Shown here piece after piece: positions 26,335 to 32,747 of a DNA stretch of 64,000 bases; position 1 is the stretch's first letter; every line of letters begins with the position of its first letter. Made by a program: the position numbers and the translations under genes. This DNA is from Clostridium sp. CAG:524. Lineage in GTDB: Bacteria > Bacillota_I > Bacilli_A > RF39 > UBA660. The DNA lies in the NCBI GenBank assembly GCA_000434555.1, contig FR880110.1, positions 26,443 through 90,442 of the forward strand, given 5' to 3'. The notes under the pieces were generated by a model. The model was not told where the DNA came from and ran no database searches. It worked only from the letters and a program-made list of their open reading frames with translations.

Positions 26335-27210
26335 TTGAAAAATATGTTAAATAAATATTATAATTTATTTCCTGACAAGATTTTTCGAAAAAATAATTCA
26401 TTTTATTTTTTTGAAAATAATGAAAAAATAGTTATAAAGACGTTAGACTCTATACAAATTAAAAATATTTCTGAATTAAGCGATATTTTGAAACATGATA
26501 AAAATTTGTCAAAAATTATTCTTAATAATGAGAATAAAGAAATAACCGAATATAAAGAAAAAAAGTACATTTTGCTTAGTGTGATAGTTATTAATAGAAG
26601 AGTATATCTTGATGATTTATTTTTAAAATTTGAAAATTTAGCTATGAAAAATGCTGATAATACTGACTTGCTTGATATGATATCAAAATTAGTAGTTATT
26701 GAAAAAAGAATGTTGGAATTTAATACTGAATATTTAGAATTGCAAAAATCATTCGATTATTTTATTGGACTTGCTGAGAATAGTATCCAATTGATTAATA
26801 AAATTAAATTCGATAATTTAAAACATGTTGTAGTTAATATATCTGATATAGATGAGTATAATTATGAAGAAATAAATAATATAGCAAATTTGGAATTTGG
26901 CAATATGGAAAAAAGCATAAGTGCCTATATAAAATATAAAATATATATGGATACACTAAATTATGATGAAATTTATTCTTTAATTAATAATAGAATGTTG
27001 AATATTGAATTGTTATATGCATATATGTTATATCCTAACTTCTACTTTAATGATGTTATACAAATTATTGATAATTGTAAAAAAGAAAAATGCATTTATA
27101 AATATATAAAATATAATAATTTGTATATAAAATTTATGAAATATTTATATGAAGAATTATCTGATAATATAAAATCTATTGGAAATAATTTTTGGATTAA
27201 TTTACTTTAA
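26335..27210 (+). CDS. Hypothetical protein (291 aa); weak resemblance to CotS/phosphotransferase-like spore proteins
   Basis: TTG start 7 nt after AGGTG. No kinase catalytic motifs recognised, so the resemblance is tentative. Confidence 0.45.
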   Translation: MKNMLNKYYNLFPDKIFRKNNSFYFFENNEKIVIKTLDSIQIKNISELSDILKHDKNLSKIILNNENKEITEYKEKKYILLSVIVINRRVYLDDLFLKFENLAMKNADNTDLLDMISKLVVIEKRMLEFNTEYLELQKSFDYFIGLAENSIQLINKIKFDNLKHVVVNISDIDEYNYEEINNIANLEFGNMEKSISAYIKYKIYMDTLNYDEIYSLINNRMLNIELLYAYMLYPNFYFNDVIQIIDNCKKEKCIYKYIKYNNLYIKFMKYLYEELSDNIKSIGNNFWINLL

Positions 27211-27242
27211 AATAAATAATGTGGTATAATATTTATGAAGTG

Positions 27243-27611
27243 ATGAAAATGGAAAATATCAAAGTTAATAATATAATTGAGGGGCAAGTAATGGGCGTTA
27301 CAAAGTATGGAATATTTGTTAGTTTGTGTGACAATTATACTGGAATGATTCATATATCTGAGGTTTCTAATAAATTTGTTTCAAATTTAGAGGAAAAATT
27401 TAAAATTGGAGATGTTATCAAAGTAAAAGTATTATCCATAAATGAAGATAAATTACAAGTTAGATTATCTTTAAAAAGAATTAGTCGAATGAATAAAATG
27501 AATAAAAGTATTAAAGAAAAAGGTAATGGTTTTCAGCCTTTATCTCAAAAAATGCCTGAGTGGATTAATAAAAAAATAAAAGATTTAGAAAAAAATAACA
27601 ATATTGCTTGA
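27243..27611 (+). CDS. S1 RNA-binding domain protein (YabR/GSP13-like)
   Basis: GQVMGVTKYGIFVSL...GMIHISEVSNKFV...FKIGDVIKVKVLSINEDKLQVRLSLK. Start is 27243 or 27249. An extended -10 (TGGTATAAT) at 27221-27229 excludes the 27219 start. Confidence 0.75.
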   Translation: MKMENIKVNNIIEGQVMGVTKYGIFVSLCDNYTGMIHISEVSNKFVSNLEEKFKIGDVIKVKVLSINEDKLQVRLSLKRISRMNKMNKSIKEKGNGFQPLSQKMPEWINKKIKDLEKNNNIA

Positions 27612-27636
27612 CATCACATTCAATAAATGATATATT
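27608..27636 (+). promoter_or_regulatory. Sigma-A promoter of the tRNA array
   Basis: TTGACA (27608-27613, overlapping the S1 gene stop), 17-nt spacer, TATATT (27631-27636). The first tRNA starts 28 nt downstream. Confidence 0.6.
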
Positions 27637-27663
27637 TATATGCGTCAGCAGGAAAAATATTAT

Positions 27664-27740
27664 GGGCGATTAGCTCAGTTGGTTAGAGCATCTGCCTTAC
27701 AAGCAGGGGGTCGGGAGTTCGAGTCTCTCATCGCCCACCA
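27664..27740 (+). tRNA. tRNA-Val (anticodon TAC)
   Basis: Cloverleaf with acceptor GGGCGAT/ATCGCCC, anticodon loop cTTACAa context, T-loop TTCGAGT, encoded CCA. Confidence 0.93.
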
Positions 27741-27745
27741 TAATT

Positions 27746-27821
<76 letters not shown>

Positions 27822-27826
27822 TAAAT

Positions 27827-27910
27827 GGAGAGATAGCGAAGAGGCTAAACGCGGCAGACTGTAAATCTGTTCCTTCGGGTTCGGTGGTTCGAATCCACCT
27901 CTCTCCACCA
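27827..27910 (+). tRNA. tRNA-Tyr (anticodon GTA), long variable arm
   Basis: Acceptor GGAGAGA/TCTCTCC, anticodon loop CTGTAAA, variable arm TCCTTCGGGTTC, CCA. Confidence 0.92.
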
Positions 27911-27920
27911 CTTGTAATTT

Positions 27921-27996
27921 TGCCTCGTAGCCAAGTGGTAAGGCACAAGACTTTGACTCTTGCATTCCGCTGGTTCGAATCCAGCCGAGGCAACCA
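27921..27996 (+). tRNA. tRNA-Gln (anticodon TTG)
   Basis: U1:A72 acceptor TGCCTCG/CGAGGCA, anticodon arm CAAGA-CTTTGAC-TCTTG, CCA. Confidence 0.92.
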
Positions 27997-28011
27997 CAAA
28001 ATATATTATAT

Positions 28012-28087
28012 GTCTCGCTAGCTCAGCCGGTAGAGCACTTGACTTTTAATCAAGGGGTCTGGGGTTCGAATCCCCAGCGAGACACCA
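28012..28087 (+). tRNA. tRNA-Lys (anticodon TTT)
   Basis: Acceptor GTCTCGC/GCGAGAC, anticodon arm CTTGA-CTTTTAA-TCAAG, CCA. Confidence 0.93.
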
Positions 28088-28097
28088 TTTATTTTGT

Positions 28098-28186
28098 GCC
28101 TCAGTGGCGGAATAGGTAGACGCACAGGACTTAAAATCCTGCGAGTGTAAAAGCTCATATCGGTTCAAGTCCGATCTGAGGCACCA
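28098..28186 (+). tRNA. tRNA-Leu (anticodon TAA), long variable arm
   Basis: Acceptor GCCTCAG/CTGAGGC, anticodon arm CAGGA-CTTAAAA-TCCTG, long variable arm, CCA. Confidence 0.92.
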
Positions 28187-28190
28187 ATTT

Positions 28191-28283
28191 GGAGGAATAC
28201 CCAAGTCTGGTTGAAGGGACCGGTCTTGAAAACCGGGAGGTCGAGAAATCGGCGCAGGGGTTCGAATCCCTTTTCCTCCGCCA
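28191..28283 (+). tRNA. tRNA-Ser (anticodon TGA), long variable arm
   Basis: Acceptor GGAGGAA/TTCCTCC, anticodon arm CCGGT-CTTGAAA-ACCGG, long variable arm, CCA. Confidence 0.92.
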
Positions 28284-28325
28284 CTTAATATTTCGCATGA
28301 TTTATGCGATGAAAGATTATATTAT

Positions 28326-28402
<77 letters not shown>

Positions 28403-28404
28403 TT

Positions 28405-28480
28405 GGTTCCGTGGTGTAGTGGTTATCACACTCGCCTGTCACGCGAGGGATCGCGGGTTCAAGTCCCGTCGGAACCGCCA
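28405..28480 (+). tRNA. tRNA-Asp (anticodon GTC)
   Basis: Acceptor GGTTCCG/CGGAACC, anticodon arm CTCGC-CTGTCAC-GCGAG, CCA. Confidence 0.93.
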
Positions 28481-28483
28481 TTT

Positions 28484-28559
28484 GGCTTCATAGCTCAGTT
28501 GGCAGAGCACAAGACTGAAAATCTTGGTGTCGTTGGTTCGATTCCAACTGAAGCCACCA
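28484..28559 (+). tRNA. tRNA-Phe (anticodon GAA)
   Basis: Acceptor GGCTTCA/TGAAGCC, anticodon arm CAAGA-CTGAAAA-TCTTG, CCA. Confidence 0.93.
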
Positions 28560-28624
28560 TTTTGTTAAAACAGATTACAAATGTAATAAACTTGTTGTAA
28601 AGCGATTCCGACGGGATTTTAAAC

Positions 28625-28701
28625 GCGCTCATAGCTCAATTGGATAGAGCATTTGACTACGGATCAAAAGGTTATGGGTTCGACTCCTATTGGGCGCACC
28701 A
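28625..28701 (+). tRNA. tRNA-Arg (anticodon ACG)
   Basis: Acceptor GCGCTCA/TGGGCGC, anticodon arm TTTGA-CTACGGA-TCAAA, CCA. Confidence 0.92.
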
Positions 28702-28707
28702 TTATAT

Positions 28708-28784
28708 CGGGAAGTGGCTCAACTTGGTAGAGCATTTGGTTTGGGACCAAGGGGTTGCAGGTTCAAATCCTGTCTTCCCGACCA
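28708..28784 (+). tRNA. tRNA-Pro (anticodon TGG)
   Basis: C1:G72 acceptor CGGGAAG/CTTCCCG, anticodon loop TTTGGGA, CCA. Confidence 0.92.
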
Positions 28785-28797
28785 TTGGGTTATAAAG

Positions 28798-28820
28798 CCC
28801 CTATTTTAGGGACTTTTTTA
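28798..28820 (+). terminator. Weak hairpin plus T-run after the tRNA array
   Basis: 5-bp stem CCCTA/TAGGG followed by ACTTTTTTATTTT. Confidence 0.4.
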
Positions 28821-28825
28821 TTTTG

Positions 28826-28849
28826 ACATCTAGTTTTACATCTAGTTTA
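28826..28849 (+). repeat. Tandem 12-bp direct repeat
   Basis: ACATCTAGTTTT then ACATCTAGTTTA, followed by a partial third copy (TATCTG). The first copy overlaps a TTGACA hexamer at 28823-28828. Confidence 0.7.
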
Positions 28850-28879
28850 TATCTGAATGTGAAACTTTTTTATTTATGT

Positions 28880-28892
28880 CTAGATAATCTAG
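28880..28892. repeat. 13-bp palindrome CTAGAT-A-ATCTAG (left copy)
   Basis: Read directly from the sequence. With flanks, TCTAGATAATCTAGtGGGgA matches the reverse complement of the 29253-29273 region at 18/20. Confidence 0.75.
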
Positions 28893-28893
28893 T

Positions 28894-28929
28894 GGGGAGA
28901 TATCATGAAAATGTTATCTCTCTTTTTTA
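28894..28929 (+). terminator. Strong hairpin with GAAA tetraloop followed by a T-run (terminator, or SD-sequestering stem)
   Basis: GAGATA-t-CAT GAAA ATG-t-TATCTC plus extra G:C/G:U pairs at the base, then TTTTTT (28923-28928). Confidence 0.6.
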
Positions 28930-29202
28930 TGATAATATTTATTATAAGAATTGAAAAAATAACGATTTAATTAACAATAATAATTAAAGCTTATAAAGTT
29001 AATTCATTTAAAAGACATTTACACGTAAGTATTAAATAATAAAAGTAATAAAAAGAATAGTATATGAGTATGGAAACTTTAAACTTTTCAAATTAAGATA
29101 ATGTATATTTCAAATAAAAAAGTGAGTGGAATTACTAAAAATGATAAAAATACAAAAAATAAGCGTTATTAGTCATAAAAAATGACTGATAAATTTTTAT
29201 AG

Positions 29203-29229
29203 TAAAAAAAATAAGAGTTTCTCCTTATT
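29203..29229 (-). terminator. Rho-independent terminator for the minus-strand endonuclease gene
   Basis: On the minus strand: AATAAG-GAGAAACT-CTTATT followed by T8. Confidence 0.55.
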
Positions 29230-29259
29230 TTATCTAGATTTTTATAAAATCAGTTCCCG

Positions 29260-29272
29260 CTAGATTATCTAG
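29260..29272. repeat. 13-bp palindrome CTAGAT-T-ATCTAG (right copy, inverse of 28880-28892)
   Basis: Read directly. Preceded by CAGTTCCCGC, which is identical to a 10-nt segment of the tRNA-fMet 3' half. A further ATCTAGAT palindrome lies at 29232-29239. Confidence 0.75.
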
Positions 29273-29311
29273 AAGCATTATTTGTATGCATTCTAATTTT
29301 TACTACATGAA

Positions 29312-30079
29312 TTAATTAATATTTTTGTATAGTTGAGATATTTCATTTGAATTAATTTCAAATCTTATTCCATGGTAATATGGAACAAGATTGTTATTTT
29401 CATCTTGCTTTGAACTTATATTAAATGAGATGACTATTTTTCCTTCTTTTAATAGTTTAATAATCGCATCTTCATTTATTTGCTGAAAAAAATTAATTGA
29501 TTTATATTTACAATAAAAATATCCACAACTATAAAATTTATCATATTTAATTAGTACTAAATAATTTAGTTTTGATACAAAAGCAGATGTTATTTCATTA
29601 TAATTCCAATATATGCAATGGTGTTTATCTTTTGTAGAAATATTTTCCCAGTCAAGATATAATTTTTTTTCAGTATCATTAAACACTAGGTTAAATTTAA
29701 AAATTCCATTTAAGTAAAAGTTATTTGTACCTTTTATTGATAAATAGAAATGTGGTATTGATTTGCTATTTGTTTTTGTTTTTTTCTTTTTACTTAAATA
29801 ATAAAAACTCATAAAATATTTCATTGTATTTTCAAAATTAAGATTATTTACATTTGGAATTAGGCTAAATAATGTCATTTTATATTTACTATTGTCGCAG
29901 CATGTTTTAATTTCTATACCTTCATAATCTGGTTTTTTTGAATTATCTGGTTTTTTGTTTACCAATAATTTCTCAAGCATTCTTCCTGGCCCTCCTTTGT
30001 CATGATAATTGCATTTAATAAATCCTAATGATTCAATTGTATCGAATTTTGATTTAATGTATTCATATTTTTCTTTCAT
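29312..30079 (-). CDS. MutH/Sau3AI/MvaI/BcnI-superfamily (PD-(D/E)XK) endonuclease, solitary
   Basis: Strong RBS AGGAGG. KGGPGRMLEKLLVNKKPDNSKKPDYEGIEIKT aligns motif for motif with the E. coli MutH segment [33 protein letters not shown] (D...E-x-K catalytic core). 255 aa, a size typical of monomeric MvaI/BcnI-type enzymes. Confidence 0.65.
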   Translation of the reverse strand: MKEKYEYIKSKFDTIESLGFIKCNYHDKGGPGRMLEKLLVNKKPDNSKKPDYEGIEIKTCCDNSKYKMTLFSLIPNVNNLNFENTMKYFMSFYYLSKKKKTKTNSKSIPHFYLSIKGTNNFYLNGIFKFNLVFNDTEKKLYLDWENISTKDKHHCIYWNYNEITSAFVSKLNYLVLIKYDKFYSCGYFYCKYKSINFFQQINEDAIIKLLKEGKIVISFNISSKQDENNNLVPYYHGIRFEINSNEISQLYKNIN

Positions 30080-30213
30080 AATATTTTATCCTCCTAATAA
30101 TATATTTACGATAAAAATGAAAAACACTACAAATTACTATAAAAAATGTAAAAAAATAGTAAATATATTTAAATAAATTATCAAATTAATAAATAAATGG
30201 TAAAATTATTAAT

Positions 30214-30762
30214 ATGAAAAGTATAATAAAAGAAGTAAATGAAAAATCAGATGATGTTATTAGAGAAAATAATTTTCTTGTAATTGGTTTTCAAAAAAGG
30301 TTATCTACTAGAATTATGCATATTTTTCAAAAATATAAAATAGTGGTTAATAATAATATTGTGTCAAAAAAACTAGAAGAAAATTTATCAAATAATATGA
30401 TTGATATTAATTTTGAAGTGATAAGTAAGTATAGATATATGTTGAGAAAGTACGAAGAAATTGTACAAGAACATGTAAAAAACAAATTATCAACAGATGA
30501 AATTAAAAAGTCTACTATTTTGTTTGTTAGCAAGATTAATGAAAAAAATAAGTTAATGTTAAATGGTACTATTGCTACAAATTTTATTGAAGATATGAAT
30601 TCTATAATACTTGTATATGATAATGCAAAATTAAATGAAGAAGTATTAAAGAGAATAAATATTGATACAAATGAGATTATAAATGAAATTAATACAAATA
30701 ATTATAATTATGTTATTGAGTCAATAAATATGATAATTAAAAATATAATTAGTTCATTTTGA
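30214..30762 (+). CDS. Hypothetical protein (182 aa, predicted helical, Asn/Ile/Lys-rich)
   Basis: Long ORF divergent from the endonuclease gene. No convincing RBS and no recognisable motif. Confidence 0.45.
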   Translation: MKSIIKEVNEKSDDVIRENNFLVIGFQKRLSTRIMHIFQKYKIVVNNNIVSKKLEENLSNNMIDINFEVISKYRYMLRKYEEIVQEHVKNKLSTDEIKKSTILFVSKINEKNKLMLNGTIATNFIEDMNSIILVYDNAKLNEEVLKRINIDTNEIINEINTNNYNYVIESINMIIKNIISSF

Positions 30763-30852
30763 TTAAAAATTTAAATAGTATTTAATATCATTTATTGTAT
30801 TAAATATTGTATTTAAAATTAAAATAATGTAAAATGATGGAAGGTGGTAAAA

Positions 30853-31293
30853 ATGAAAAAACGTACTTATAAATTTGTATATGAATTTAAAAAGAAATAT
30901 CCAAAAACTATTGCGTTTAGAACTAAAAAACACGCACATGTAATAGATCTTCATTTGAATGAAGATGAAGAAGTGACGTATGCTTTTTGTGGTCAAGATA
31001 ATGTTAGTTCTTTTATTATTATCAATAGTTGTGTGGTGGCTTTAACAAATCAAAGAATTTTAATTGGTCAAAAAAGATTATTTTGGGGATATTATTTTAC
31101 GACAATTACTCCTGATTTATATAATGATTTAAAAATCAAGAAAAATTTATTATGGAGTGATATAGAGATTGATACTGTTAAGGAAAATGTTTATATTTCT
31201 AATTTAGATCCAAGGGGAGCTATAGAAATTGAAAATGTTATATCAAAGTTTATGATGAAAGAGAAACAAAAATATGGTCAAAAAAATAATTAA
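30853..31293 (+). CDS. Bacterial PH-domain (bPH, YokE-like) protein
   Basis: ATG 30853 lies 6 nt after GGAAGGTGG. LNEDEEVTYAFCGQ...VVALTNQRILIGQ fits the bacterial PH-domain pattern. Confidence 0.5.
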   Translation: MKKRTYKFVYEFKKKYPKTIAFRTKKHAHVIDLHLNEDEEVTYAFCGQDNVSSFIIINSCVVALTNQRILIGQKRLFWGYYFTTITPDLYNDLKIKKNLLWSDIEIDTVKENVYISNLDPRGAIEIENVISKFMMKEKQKYGQKNN

Positions 31294-32518
31294 ATTTATA
31301 TATATATTTTTAGTTTTTTTTCTTTTATTTAAAGTAGAAGTTTTTGGTGAAACATTAAATTTAAATAGTGATAAGTATATTTTATATAATTTAAATGATA
31401 ATATAGTGTTGTTGAATAAGAATGAAAATCAAGAAACATATATTGCAAGTTTAACAAAAATAATGACAGTTATTGTGGCAATAGAAAATATAAAGGATTA
31501 TAATAAAGAAGTAATAATTACAAAAGAAATGTTTAAAGATATTGCTTGGGATGTATCTGTGGCTGGGTTTAAAGTTGGCGAAAAAGTTACATATAATGAT
31601 TTATTGTATGGTGCAATACTTCCAAGTGGTGCTGATGCAGTTAATGCACTAGCGTTATCAATATCTGGTTCTTACGATGGCTTTATTGAATTGATGAATC
31701 AAAAAGCAAAAGATTTGAGTTTAAGACATACACATTTTGCAAATGTTACTGGTTTATTTAATAAAAATAATTATAGTAGTGCTTATGATGTTGCTGAAAT
31801 ATTGAAATATGCATTAAAAAACAAAAAGTTTAAAGAAGTATTTGAAACAAAGAGATATACGCTTTCAAATGGCAAAATAGTAAAAAGTACTATAGAAAGC
31901 TATAACTCAAGAAATGGTGGTAAAAATATATCTTATATTAAAGGTGCAAAAACTGGATTTATTAATGCTGCTGGATATTGTTTAGCATCTACTTCAACAA
32001 TTGATGGGGTTGATTATCTTTTGGTAACATTGAATGCTGATAAATCAAAAAGTGCTCCACATATAAGCGATGCTATCACTGCTTATACATATTTTTCTAA
32101 AAACTATTCTTACATGAACATAGTCGATAATTCTGATGTAATAGTGGATTTAAAAGCAAAAAATTCAAAAGAAAAGGAAATTAAGATAAAATCAAATGTA
32201 AAAATTGATAAATATTTAAAAAATGATTTTTCGAAAGAAAATGTTAAATATATTTATGATGGTGTAAAAGAAATATCTTATTTTACCAAAAAAGGAACTG
32301 TACTTGGAAAAGTTGATGTGATGTATGGAGATAAAAAACTAGATACATTTGACTTGGTGTATTCAGGTGGATTAACGTTTAGTATTTTTGCTTTTATGTG
32401 GAACAATTTATTTTTAATAATATTCATTTCTTTTGCATTATTTATTTCTTTTAGGATAGTTCAATTAAATATGAAAAGGAAAAAAAGATTAAAAAGAAAA
32501 CTACAAACTAAATGTTGA
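31274..32518 (+). CDS. Serine-type D-Ala-D-Ala carboxypeptidase (S11) with C-terminal TM anchor and basic tail
   Basis: SxxK as ASLTKIMT, PSGADAV, KTG as GAKTGFI. C-terminal helix LFLIIFISFALFISF followed by KRKKRLKRK. Confidence 0.78.
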   Translation: MVKKIIKFIYIFLVFFLLFKVEVFGETLNLNSDKYILYNLNDNIVLLNKNENQETYIASLTKIMTVIVAIENIKDYNKEVIITKEMFKDIAWDVSVAGFKVGEKVTYNDLLYGAILPSGADAVNALALSISGSYDGFIELMNQKAKDLSLRHTHFANVTGLFNKNNYSSAYDVAEILKYALKNKKFKEVFETKRYTLSNGKIVKSTIESYNSRNGGKNISYIKGAKTGFINAAGYCLASTSTIDGVDYLLVTLNADKSKSAPHISDAITAYTYFSKNYSYMNIVDNSDVIVDLKAKNSKEKEIKIKSNVKIDKYLKNDFSKENVKYIYDGVKEISYFTKKGTVLGKVDVMYGDKKLDTFDLVYSGGLTFSIFAFMWNNLFLIIFISFALFISFRIVQLNMKRKKRLKRKLQTKC

Positions 32519-32669
32519 GAGCCATTATATGTATATATGCATTTCATTATAAAATATGTTTCGATGTAAGCATATTTTTTTATGTAAAAATTTTTATTAG
32601 TAAGATTACATATTTATTTTTTATGATGATTATTGAAACAATTTTAATATATATGAAAAAAATTATTTA

Positions 32670-32698
32670 TTGACAAGTGTGTGATAAAACTTTACAAT
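32670..32698 (+). promoter_or_regulatory. Sigma-A promoter upstream of rny
   Basis: TTGACA (32670-32675), 17-nt spacer, TACAAT (32693-32698). Confidence 0.6.
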
Positions 32699-32747
32699 AT
32701 TATTAGAAGTTAATCTAAACTTCTAGAAAATAATGGAGGAATGTTAT

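Noticed and set aside
28403-28600. 65-aa plus-strand ORF in the tRNA array
   Set aside because: It overlaps the Asp and Phe tRNA genes and is not a gene.
30778-30819. Three GTATTTAA-like repeats upstream of the PH-domain gene
   Set aside because: Pure A/T low-complexity sequence in an AT-rich intergenic region, so chance similarity is likely. It is mentioned only as context in a finding.
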